Below, piece by piece: positions 8,807 through 18,407 of a stretch of 64,000 bases of DNA. The notes beneath the pieces are model-generated. The model saw only the letters and a program-made list of their open reading frames with translations, ran no database searches and had not been told where the DNA came from. Position numbers and translations under genes: made by a program. Source of the stretch: an uncultured Chloroflexia bacterium (lineage in GTDB: Bacteria; Chloroflexota; Dehalococcoidia; DSTF01; WHTK01); NCBI GenBank assembly GCA_963703905.1, contig CAVPFY010000007.1:334374-398373 (forward strand). Reading direction: 5' to 3'. Every line of letters begins with the position of its first letter. Position 1 is the first letter of the stretch.

Positions 8807-10051
8807 CTACTCGTCGCGGGGTTTCGTCGGCGCGTCGCCGCCGGGCGACATGCGCAGCACGCCCAGCAGCAGTGCCGCCACCATGAGGTTCAGGCCGGTC
8901 ACCACCATGGTTTGCGCGACGGCGCCGAGGCCGAGGGGCAGCGGCGGCGGCCGGTCCGACGTCCAGCGATAGAGCAGAAATGCGTCGAGGCCGAGGCCGG
9001 CCAGCAAGACGGCGATGCCGCCGAAGAGCAGGATCTCGAACGCGGGCACGGCGCCGGTGACCGCCCGCACCAGGCGGCCGGGTCCGCTGATGCCGCGGCG
9101 CCAGGCCAGCCACTTCGCCGCCAGGCCCAGCGTCATCAGGGCCGTCGCGCCGGGGATGAGAATGCCGCCGGCGAACACCGGCTGCCAGCGGCTCGACCCG
9201 ACCTCGACGCCGCTTGTGGCCAGCGTGCCCACGACCAGCGAGACGACGCCCAGGACCAGGGCGGCCAGCGCCGGCGCGAAGAAGATGATGTCAGCGCTGT
9301 CCAGGACGATGAACTTCGCGATCTCCCAGCCGTGCGTCAGTGCCCTGAGCTTGCTCTGAGCCTGCCGCGCCGCGTAAGGGACCGGCACCTCGGCCAGGCG
9401 GAGCTTGTTGCGCCCCGCGCGCAGGCAAATCTCCGACTCCAGCTCGAAGCCGGTGGCCTGGGGCGACATGCGCTCCCAGGCCTCTCGTTTGAAGGCACGC
9501 AGGCCCGAGAGGCAGTCGCCGAAGCGTTGCCGCGTGATCAGGCCGATGAGGCCACTGAATAGCGGGTTGCCGACGTGGCGGTGCAGCCACGGCATCGAAC
9601 CCGGCTCCATTTCCCCCGCCAGGCGGTTGCCCGTGACCATGTCGTAACCCTGCCGTAGCGGGTCGACCAGCGCGCCCAGGTGCGCGAGGTCATAGGTGCC
9701 GTCCGAGTCCGCCATCACGATGATCGCGCCCGAGGCCTCGCGCATGGCGCGCGCGATCGCATGCCCCTTGCCCCGCCGGGCCTCGACGAAGACCTTCGCG
9801 CCGGCCTCGCGCGCCAGCGGCACCGAATCGTCGCTCGACCCGTTGTCGACGACGATGACCTCACCCCTGTTTCCCGAGGCTTCGAACCAAGAGATCGCAT
9901 CGCGCACGCAGGCGCCTACCGTACGGGATTCGTTGAGGCAGGGCAGGATCACCGAGACCTCGATGCCCTGCGGCACGCCGAATTCAGGCGCCGGTTCCGC
10001 GGCGGCGGCCGCTTCGGCGTCAGCGGTCCAGGAGGTGGTAGACGATGACAT
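8807..10051 (-). CDS. GT2 glycosyltransferase with C-terminal transmembrane helices (polyprenyl-phosphate sugar synthase-like)
   Basis: VSVILPCLNESRTV ... VIVVDNGSSDDS ... MADSDGTYD, followed by four hydrophobic segments. Confidence 0.8.
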   Translation of the reverse strand: MSSSTTSWTADAEAAAAAEPAPEFGVPQGIEVSVILPCLNESRTVGACVRDAISWFEASGNRGEVIVVDNGSSDDSVPLAREAGAKVFVEARRGKGHAIARAMREASGAIIVMADSDGTYDLAHLGALVDPLRQGYDMVTGNRLAGEMEPGSMPWLHRHVGNPLFSGLIGLITRQRFGDCLSGLRAFKREAWERMSPQATGFELESEICLRAGRNKLRLAEVPVPYAARQAQSKLRALTHGWEIAKFIVLDSADIIFFAPALAALVLGVVSLVVGTLATSGVEVGSSRWQPVFAGGILIPGATALMTLGLAAKWLAWRRGISGPGRLVRAVTGAVPAFEILLFGGIAVLLAGLGLDAFLLYRWTSDRPPPLPLGLGAVAQTMVVTGLNLMVAALLLGVLRMSPGGDAPTKPRDE

Positions 10052-12246
10052 TGCCCTTATCGTAAGCGACTTCGGTGTAAGCGCCGAGGAAAGCCGGATT
10101 CAGGAGGTTCTGTTGGAGCCAGGCGGGCGGCCAGGGGCCGCTGTCGGCGCCCGGCGGGTGCCGGTAATCGATGAGAAGCCAACTTATGCCGCCCTCGCGC
10201 AGGATTCGCGCCGCCGCGTCAGGGGTTGTGCCGTAGAGCGCCGCCCTCGTGAAGGGCGATATCTCGCTCGGTAGGTTGATGTCATAGACGCGGTTCTCGA
10301 CAAAATAGTTGTAGGGGTAGCCTACCAGCGCCGCGGCCTCGTCCGTCCCGCGCATTCGCCCATCGAGGAAACGCAGTGCGTCGTAGCCGGGTACCGTGCG
10401 CTCGCGATAGTCCTCACGGGACTCGCGCCCGAGGACCACGCCGGAAGGAAACGGCTGCGGCCAGAACATCGGCTGAAGTAGCACGGCGCCGCCGGCGAAC
10501 CAGGCACAGATCAGGGCCGCGCCCAGCGCTCCCGCAAGCTGCTTGGGGGCGTCTCGCAGCGCCAGCGTCAGCCCGCCGGCGCCAACCAGCGCCGTCAGCG
10601 CGAAGGCTGGCAGTCCGTAGCGGTGGTACTGGCTGAGGAAAAACCAGGCGGCCGCCGCCAGCAGGGTCAGGCCCAACAGGGCCGCGGACTGCCGGTTCCG
10701 CGAGGCCGAGGGCAGAAGGGCCAGCGCTCCGGCCACGGCGAGCACGGGAATTCCGATCGCCCAGGCGGGCTGCCACTGGCCGAAGCGCCATGGGTGCAGC
10801 GCCACCTCCCAGAGCACCCCGGCCGCGTCGCCGGCGCTGTGGCCGATGCCGTAGAGCCAGAGGTCGAACTTCTCCTGCACGGGCGGCCATTTGTCGCTCT
10901 TGAAGATGTTGTTATAGAGAGGAAATACGGGGTTGCCGGTCTGGAATAAGCGAATCAAGAGCCAGGGCGCGCCCGCCGCAAGCCCGCCCAGCGTGAAGAG
11001 GCCGGCGTCACCCAGGCGGGCCCGGTAGCTCGCCTTGGAAGCGGTCAGCAGCAGGCCCGCGAAGACTATCGCGATTGGGATCAGGTAGATGCCGGACACG
11101 ATCTTGAACGTCAGTGCCAGCCCCGCGAAGAGCCCGGTTGCCAGGGCAAGGCCCGGTGCTGCCCTCTTCGCATAAGCCGCCATCGCAACGGCAGCCGCGA
11201 TCAGCCAGAAAGTCATCGCCAGGTCGCTGGAGGCTGTCGGCGCCTCCCAGCCGATCAAGGGCGCCAGGACGAAGGCCGCTGCCACGAGCGCGCCTGCCGG
11301 GCGGCCGAAAAGGCGGTTGCCGGCTGCCCCAGAGCAGCGCGGCAGTTAGGGGCGCGAAGGCCCAGTGCAGCAGCGTCATCGACGTCTCGCCGCCAAAGCG
11401 GAAGGCGGGGATGAAGGTCATCTCCAGCCCGAGGGGGAAATAGCTCTGGGCGATGTCCGGCCGCTCGACGAAGCCACCGTGGTCCAGGAAGGACAGCGGC
11501 ATCGCGAAGTGGTAATGCAGCGCGTCGAACGCCGTCTGCGGCGCCAGGGAGACTCCAAAGGACAGCGTCAGCGCGATCGCGAGCAAGGCCAGCGCCGTGT
11601 ACTCGACGAACTCGACGTTCGGCTCGTGCGCTTCGCTGGCCCGCGGGGCGCGAGACCGGGCGTGCAGACGCAGGCGGAGCACCAGGCCAAGGCTCGCGCC
11701 GGCAACCAGCACCGCGACCAGGCTCACGTCGCTGAGAATGTCCACCAGCGAAACGGCGAGGACCGCGAAGCTCAATAATGCTAGCCCCAGAGCCGTCTCG
11801 AGCGCACCCCGTGCCCACCCCCCGACGATCGCGTTCTCGCGGTCGAGGAACGCCAGCAAGGGGCCGCCGGCCCACCAGGCCCAGGCCACCAGCCCGGCAG
11901 CCGCCGCGACCTCTCCGGCCTGGCCGCTGGTCACCGTCAGCACGCCTCCGGCGACGCAGGCCGCGGTTATGGCCAGCGCTTTGAGGGCGAACAGGGCTTC
12001 CGGGGCGGCGACGCGGAACAGGACGCCGATGCCGGCCGCGATGAAGCCGGCCCTGAGGATGTAGTCGAGCTCGGGGCTGAGCCTCAGGCCATCGATGAGG
12101 TCGCGGGATTCGCCGAACTCGTAGGCGTCTGAGACGAAGCGGACGGTGATGTAGCCAATCCAGGCCAGGACGGCGAACGAGAGGATGATTGAGAGCGGCC
12201 GGACCGCCAGGCGAGTCCGCGCCAGGGTGAGATCGGTAACCGCCAC
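10020..12246 (-). pseudogene. large polytopic membrane protein, GT-C (ArnT/PMT-like) glycosyltransferase candidate, one frameshift near 11318
   Basis: ORFs 11008..12246 and 10020..11285 join as ...LLWGS / GNRLFGRPAGALVAAAFVLAP. There are many TM helices and a soluble C-terminal domain. The gene overlaps the GT2 gene start. Confidence 0.5.
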
Positions 12247-12358
12247 GTTGCCCCGAGTATATCGGCTACTTGGGTCTTAGGCCGCTTGCCGGCCATGTGG
12301 CAGGCGCTCCAAAACTGTAGCGCTTGTCTGGGATGGATCTATCAGGCAGGGGCATCTT

Positions 12359-13083
12359 CCGTTCGTGGTGAGCCTGGTCGAACCACGAACGCGCACAGCG
12401 TGGGCGTGAGCGCTTGCCGGATCTGCGCTCGTGCGGCCGGCGTCCGTCCGCCCTTCGAGAGCCTCAGGGCGAACGGAAAGGGAGGCTCAGGACGGACTGA
12501 GGAGGGAAGGCTGAGCACCGACGGAAGAGGGAGGCTCAGGCGATGAGCAAGCCGGCCGGGCTGGCCCGGTCTATAGAGGCTAACCGGATCTTCTCTCGTG
12601 CGGGGGGCGTCCGTTCGCCCTTCGAGAGCCTCAGGACGAACGGAAAGGAGCCCCAGGACGAACGGAAGAGGAGGCTGACGAAGGACGGACAGCAAGCCTG
12701 AGGGACGAACGGCTAGGGCTGGCGTCTTGGCCTGTTGGGAATCGCACTGGCTCACAATCCGTTCGTGGTGAACCTGGTCGAACCACGAACGCGCACAGCG
12801 TGGGCGTGAGCGCTTGCCGGATCTGCGCTCGTGCGGCCGGTGTCCGTCCGCCCTTCGAGAGCCTCAGGGCGAACGGAAGAGGAGGCTCAGGACGGACTGA
12901 GGAGGGAAGGCTGAGCACCGACGGAAGAGGGAGGCTCAGGCTGGCCCGGTCTACAGAGGCTAACCGGATCTTCTCTCGTGCGGGGGGCGTCCGTTCGCCC
13001 TTCGAGAGCCTCAGGACGAACGGAAGGGAGCCTCAGGACGGCCCTCCGGACAGGCTCAGGCGATGAGCAAGTCGTCCGGGCTG
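12359..13083. repeat. duplicated intergenic block: 182-bp repeat (12359..12540 and 12759..12940) plus ~86-bp repeat (12561..12646 and 12941..13026)
   Basis: The copies lie exactly 400 bp apart and differ at only a few positions. Each contains ccgt(c/t)cgccc-ttcgagagcctca-gg(g/a)cgaacgg hairpins (four in total) and a gttcgtggt...accacgaac hairpin. Confidence 0.9.
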
Positions 13084-13127
13084 TAAGGCTCGCCCTACAG
13101 GGGCGAAGCGGATTCCATTTGGCATCA

Positions 13128-13171
13128 GGTCTGGCCGACAAGCCGAAATGCCGACCAGCCGACCGGCCCGC
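13128..13171 (-). repeat. tandem octamer repeats immediately after the ACAD paralog 2 stop
   Basis: The minus-sense reading is TGA gcgggcc ggtcggc tggtcggc atttcggc ttgtcggc cagacc. This parallels the 3' flank of paralog 5 at 32394..32430. Confidence 0.7.
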
Positions 13172-14365
13172 TCAGTCCCTCGGCAGGCCCAGGCCGCGCT
13201 GCGCCACGACGTTGCGCTGAATCTCGCTGGTGCCGCCCTCGATCGTGTTGGCGATCGAGCGGATGAATGTGCCCGCGAAGCCGCCGGCGCGTGGGGCCTT
13301 CGCCTCGCCGCGCCCCAGCGTCCCGTAGGTCCCGATCACCTTCATGCCGGTGCGGGCGATGCGCTGGTTCATTTCGGTCGTGAACAGCTTCAGCAGCGAA
13401 GCCTCATGGTTCGGCACCATGCCGCGGTTCTGCAGGCTGATCACGCGGTAGGACAGCATCTGCGCGACCTCGGTCTCGATCAGGCGGTCCGCCAGCTCGA
13501 CGCGTACGAGAGGGTTGCGGTCGAGCATGCTCTCGGCGCCGGCGCGATTGTCCTTCGCGAACTGCACCAGGCCCTCGACGTTCTGTCGCGCGCCGATCGA
13601 AGACCCGATCGAGGAGCGTTCGAAGTCCAGGGTCGTGACGCCGACGTACCAGCCGCGGTTCTCCTCGCCCACCAGATTCTCTTTGGGGATGCGCACGTTG
13701 TCGAAGTAGACCTGGTTGAACTCGTGCGTGCCGCCCATATTCACCAGCGGATTGATGGTGATCCCCGGCGTCTTCATGTCCAGAATGAAGTAAGAGATGC
13801 CGCGATGCTTCGGCGCCTCAGGGTCGGTGCGCGCCAGGAGGATGGCGTTCTTGGCCATGTGGGCCATGGTCGTCCAGATTTTGGAGCCGTTGATGACGTA
13901 GTCGTCACCGTCCTTGGTGGCCCTGGTCTGGAGGGACGCCAGATCTGAGCCCGCCCCGGGCTCGGAGTAAAGCTGGCACCAGATGTCCTCGCCGCGGGCG
14001 ATTCCCGGAAGGTATTTCTCCTTCTGGAAGTCTGAGCCGTGGACGATGATGGTGGGTCCGGCCATGCCGGCGGAGATGATCAGATGCATCGGCCGCGGGG
14101 CGCGGGCCAGCGCCATCTCTTCGTTGTAGATGAACTGCTCCATGACGGACATGCCGGCGCCGCCGTATTCCTTCGGCCAGGCAGGAACCACCCAGCCGCG
14201 GCCGGCCAGCTTCTTGAACCAACCCTGGCTGGCCATGAAGCCGGCCGTGGCCCGGGCGATCTCGTCACCGCTGCCGTTGTCCGCCACCTTTGGCGCTTCC
14301 GCCGCGATGAACTGCTTGACTTCCTGGCGGAACTGTCCTTCTTCGGGGCTATCGTCCAGGCGCAT
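13172..14365 (-). CDS. acyl-CoA dehydrogenase family protein, paralog 2
   Basis: Intact 397 aa: WPKEYGGAG, YSEPGAGSDLASL, PKHRGISYF, EGGTSEIQRNVVAQRGLGLPRD. Confidence 0.9.
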   Translation of the reverse strand: MRLDDSPEEGQFRQEVKQFIAAEAPKVADNGSGDEIARATAGFMASQGWFKKLAGRGWVVPAWPKEYGGAGMSVMEQFIYNEEMALARAPRPMHLIISAGMAGPTIIVHGSDFQKEKYLPGIARGEDIWCQLYSEPGAGSDLASLQTRATKDGDDYVINGSKIWTTMAHMAKNAILLARTDPEAPKHRGISYFILDMKTPGITINPLVNMGGTHEFNQVYFDNVRIPKENLVGEENRGWYVGVTTLDFERSSIGSSIGARQNVEGLVQFAKDNRAGAESMLDRNPLVRVELADRLIETEVAQMLSYRVISLQNRGMVPNHEASLLKLFTTEMNQRIARTGMKVIGTYGTLGRGEAKAPRAGGFAGTFIRSIANTIEGGTSEIQRNVVAQRGLGLPRD

Positions 14366-14658
14366 GGCTTTCCTCCGAACTGGGAACGGTCTTGATGTTT
14401 GCGGTTATTTTAGCAGACGCTCGGTCGTGCCAGACTTAACAATCCGGGATGCTGGCTTACATTCGCGCTGCCGCGTTTCGGTGGTGCCAGTCCTGCGGCA
14501 TGAAAGAGGGGGTCGACGCGCCGGAGTTGACCCTCGCCAATCCAGGGCAGGAGAGTCGACCTCAGGCAACATTGGCCGCCGCTCGAGGGTGCTGCTCTGC
14601 GGCCTGCGTCCGCCGTACAATCACGGACACGCGATCGCTGAAGCGCAGGAGAACCGCC

Positions 14659-15879
14659 ATGGAGTTTCGAGATTCGCCCGAAGAGGCCACATTCCGCCGC
14701 CAGGTGCGCTCGTTCATCGACAAGGACTGCCCGTCGGAGTTGCGGCGCGGCACAGCGCGCGGGGCGATGTTCGGCGGCGGCGGGTTCATCCCTGCGGGCA
14801 TGAACATGGAGGCCTTCCGCGACCTCAGCCGCTCCTGGAACAAGAAGCTCAACGAGCGCGGCTGGGCGGCGCCCCACTGGCCCAGGGAGTACGGCGGCGC
14901 CGGCTTCACCACCATGGAGCAGTTCATCCTCAAGGAAGAGATGGCAATGGCGCGGGCGCCGAGCCCCGGCGGCGGCATCGGCATGGGCTGGGCCGGCCCC
15001 ACCCTCATCGTTCACGGCACCGAAGAGCAGAAGCAGGAGCACCTGCCGCACATCGTCTCCGGCGAGCGGCAGTGGTGCCAGGGCTTCTCGGAGCCGGGCG
15101 CGGGCTCCGACCTCGCGGCCGTCGCTACCCGCGCCCAGCGTGACGGTGACGACTACGTGGTGAACGGACAAAAGATCTGGACGTCGGGCGCGCAATCGGC
15201 GCACTGGATGATCCTCATGGCCCGCACCGACGTGGACGCGCCCAAGCACCGGGGCATCAGCTACTTCCTGCTGGACATGAAGACGCCCGGCATCCAGGTG
15301 CAGCCCCTGCGCAACATCGCCGGTGACGCGGGCTTCAACCAGGTCTTCTTCGACAACGTGCGCGTGCCCAAGCGCAACCTGGTGGGCGAGGAGAACCGCG
15401 GCTGGTACATCGGCACGACGACGCTCGACTTCGAGCGCTCGAACATCGCGACCGGGGTCGGCCATAACCTGGCGGTCGCCGACCTGGTCAGGTGGGCGCG
15501 GGAGCACAAGGCCGAACAATACGACCGCGTCGAAGACACAACCCTACGGCTCGCGTTGGCCGACCGCGCGATCGAGGCTCGCGTCGAGCTGATGCTGTGT
15601 TACACGATCATCAGCATGCAGGCGCGCAACATGATCCCGAACAAGGAATCGTCGATCGCCAAGCTGTTCTCGTCGGAGCTGGACCAGCGCATCGCCGCGA
15701 CCCAGCTGAAGCTGCTGGGCATGTACGGCCTCCTCGGGCGCGGCAGCCACCTCGTCGTCGAGAACGGCCGCATGGGCACCACCTACATGTACGCCACGGC
15801 CTCGACAATCGGCGGCGGTACCTCAGAGGTGCAGCGCAACATCATCGCCCAGCGGGGCCTGGGCATGCCGCGGGATTAG
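14659..15879 (+). CDS. acyl-CoA dehydrogenase family protein, paralog 3
   Basis: The real start is judged to be MEFRDSPEEATFRRQV at 14659, because the paralogs all start M.F.DSPEE. The part of ORF 14449..15879 upstream of 14659 is non-homologous. Confidence 0.88.
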   Translation: MEFRDSPEEATFRRQVRSFIDKDCPSELRRGTARGAMFGGGGFIPAGMNMEAFRDLSRSWNKKLNERGWAAPHWPREYGGAGFTTMEQFILKEEMAMARAPSPGGGIGMGWAGPTLIVHGTEEQKQEHLPHIVSGERQWCQGFSEPGAGSDLAAVATRAQRDGDDYVVNGQKIWTSGAQSAHWMILMARTDVDAPKHRGISYFLLDMKTPGIQVQPLRNIAGDAGFNQVFFDNVRVPKRNLVGEENRGWYIGTTTLDFERSNIATGVGHNLAVADLVRWAREHKAEQYDRVEDTTLRLALADRAIEARVELMLCYTIISMQARNMIPNKESSIAKLFSSELDQRIAATQLKLLGMYGLLGRGSHLVVENGRMGTTYMYATASTIGGGTSEVQRNIIAQRGLGMPRD

Positions 15880-15919
15880 CTCTATCTGACTCGGGAGGAG
15901 TGGTGGACTGCGTAGCGAG

Positions 15920-16044
15920 GTAGGTCGGGCTGGAAGGCCCGACCTACGAGATTAGGACAGCGGTCGCGCCACATATCTGTAGGTCGGGCCTTCCAGCCCG
16001 ACCGGGTTCTTTAGTTAAGGCGCGTCATCTGAAGGCCCGACCTG
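15920..16044. repeat. REP-like palindromic elements (two full copies in opposite orientation plus a half copy)
   Basis: gtaggtcgggc-tggaag-gcccgacctac (15920..15947), gtaggtcgggc-cttcca-gcccgacc (15979..16003) and gaaggcccgacct (16032..16044). Confidence 0.8.
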
Positions 16045-16086
16045 CGAGTTCTGGGGCTACTCGGCCAACCAGCGCGACCAGCGACC

Positions 16087-17203
16087 CTAGAACGTCGTAG
16101 ACAACCCCTGCGTCTGCCCGCTGGCCGCGGCGCGGTAGGCGGACTCGATGATCTCGATGACGTGGCGGGCGTGCTCGGCGGTGGCGATCGAGGGCGTGCC
16201 GTCACGCACCCAATCGACCAGCTGCATGACGTCCTCGAAGACGTGCTGCTCCTCGATGTCCTTGTGGGCGCCGGTCACGTGCGGGAGCACGGCTTCAACG
16301 CCCTGCGGGTGCGCCTCCGCCAGGTCGCGGCCGGGGTAGTCGAAAGGCTCGCCGTTCAGCTTCAGGCCCACGATCGAGCCCTGGCTGCCGTAGAAGTTGG
16401 GCATCAGGCCCTGGGCCGGGTTGCCGGCGGCCGCGCCGTAAACGAAGGCGAAGAGCGCGTTGCCGAAGTCCAGCACCATGAACGAGTTGTCGTCGGCGTC
16501 GCAGTCCAGCATGCGGCCGCCGAACTCGCGCTGGGGAATGCGCACGCCGGACATGGCCCCGACCGCGCGGGCCGGGCCGAGGATGCCGGTGAGGGCGTGC
16601 AACGGATACACGGTCATGTCGTAGAGCGGCCCGCCGCCCGGCGTGCGGAAGTACCACGAGGGGTCGACGTTGCTCAGGGGGTCGCTGCCGCCGCGCACGC
16701 GCTCGTTCTCGTGATAGCGGCCGAAGGCGGCGCCGCCAAGCGCCCAGGTCAGTGTGCCCAGCGCGCCCTCGCGGATCAGCTCCCTGATGCGCTGATTGTG
16801 CGGCCGCAGCATCTCGCCCGGCGAAGCGACGATGCGCAAGCCGTCGCGCTCCGCCGACTCGATGACCTCGGTGGCCTCCTGGACTGTCGTGGTCATGGTC
16901 TTGTTGAAGTGGACGTGCTTGCCAGCCGCCAGCGCCCGCATGCCCTGCTCGTAGTGCAGGCGCGATCGGCGAGGCGATCGACACCGCGTCGACCTCTCCG
17001 CGTTCGAGCAGGTCCTCGAATTCCGTGAAGTGTCGCGGGATGCCGAAGCGCGCGGCCGCGGCCTCGGCGCGTCCCGGCGCCGGGTCGCAGACGGCCGCCA
17101 GTCGCACCTGGTCGCGCAGGTCCGGCTGGCTCAGGTGAGGCAGGATGCCGCGGATCGCGATGCTGCCTGCCCCAACGACGCCCAGGCGCACGAAGTCACT
17201 CAT
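16087..17203 (-). pseudogene. Gfo/Idh/MocA family oxidoreductase (frameshift near 16960)
   Basis: The N-terminus is VRLGVVGAGSIAIRGILPHL. The fragments join as ...SIASPIA / LHYEQGMRALAAGKHVHFNKTM after removing one base. Confidence 0.8.
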
Positions 17204-18307
17204 CAGGCCTCCCGCGGCACCTTCTCCCAGGTGCCCTTCTTTGCCGCGCGCAATGCCGCGTCGATGGCGGCCTGGGAGCGGTAGCCGTCGTCGAAGGTCG
17301 CGGCGATGCCGGAGGCGTCGCGGCCGTCCAGGATCGTGTCGATGAACCTGCCGAGCATGATCGGGATCGAATGCGGCTTGCCGTCATGGGCCGCGGGCGG
17401 CAGCTCAACGCGCTCCCAATCACCGCCGGGCCGGATGCAGGCGCAGCGATTCGACATCCCCGCGCGAGAACGTCGTGCAGAGCGCGCCCCTGTCGCCGGT
17501 CACGATGACGTAGCCGAAGTGGCCGCGCGCGCCGTCGCCGTGAATGAGGCCGTAAGGCGCCGGCGCAGGTGTCACGCGGCTGATGAGGAACTGGCCCTCG
17601 ATCCCGCCGGCCGTGCGAAACAACGCCGAACCCAGGTCGACGGTCGCGTCCGGCCGCGGTCTCGTCTGGGTTATGGCCGTGATTTCGGAGATGTAGCCGC
17701 CAAAAGGCCCCGCGAGAAAGTTCGCCGTGTCAATGAAGTGGGAGCCCATTTCGCCCAGCTCCCCGAAAGCATGGCTTTCGTCCCTGTCCCGCCAGGTTGG
17801 CGCGGCCCCGCCCGCGAACTGCTTCAGCCATTCGAAGTGGATCTCGATGAAATAGGGCGCGCCGATGTCGCCGTCCTGGAGCATTCTTCGCATCGTCGAA
17901 AGGCCGAAGTTGTGTCGAAACGTGAAGGCTACCTGGTGCACGACGCGGCGCTCATGGGCCAGGCGGGTCATTTCTGCCGCCTGCGCTTCGTTGAGCGCCA
18001 TCGGCTTCTCGCAGAAGACGTGCTTGCCGGCAGCGAGCGCGGCCATCGCGTACGGGTGGTGCATGTCGTCCGAGGAGACGATGGTCACGGCATCGATGTC
18101 GGGTCGCTTCAGGAGCACGGCCAGGTCGCTGGTGGCCTCGGGAACTTCAGCGCGGGCGGCCATCGCGCGGGTGCGCTCGACGTCGCGGCCGTAGAGGGAC
18201 ACGACAGCAGCTTTTGGATGCGCGTTCAAGCCGGGAATATGCGCGATTTCGGCGAATGACGCCGCGCCGAGTACGGCCACGCGCACCTGGGTTTGTTGAG
18301 TGGTCAT
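17203..18307 (-). pseudogene. Gfo/Idh/MocA family oxidoreductase (frameshift near 17455)
   Basis: The start MTTQQTQVRVAVLGAASFAEIAHIPG at 18307 was verified by hand. The C-terminus continues in ORF 17203..17457. The stop overlaps the start of the downstream oxidoreductase (ATGA). Confidence 0.8.
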
Positions 18308-18407
18308 CGGACTGCTCTGTGCTCTCCTGTGGCGTTTCGCAATCGCGTAACTATATTCCGAAGCCCGCGACAAGCAGCGTCCAATTCCATCTACCAGGGG
18401 CCAGTGA

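Noticed and set aside
8498-9562. Long ORFs antisense to, or out of frame with, real genes. Examples are 8498..9562 +, 14410..15519 -, 20442..21473 -, 31116..32267 -, 29947..30909 +, 37912..39147 -, 51633..52670 - and 49920..50942 -.
   Set aside because: Each lies opposite or out of frame with a gene that has clear family motifs. Their translations are Arg/Ala/Gly/Pro-rich low-complexity strings, typical of stop-poor alternative frames in very GC-rich DNA.
12286-13141. ORFs 12286..12546, 12342..12755, 12631..12918, 12800..13066 and 12887..13141 in the repeat region.
   Set aside because: They are translations of the duplicated repeats on both strands (PFESLRANG..., SLPSSVRPEP...). They overlap one another and have no RBS or family signal.
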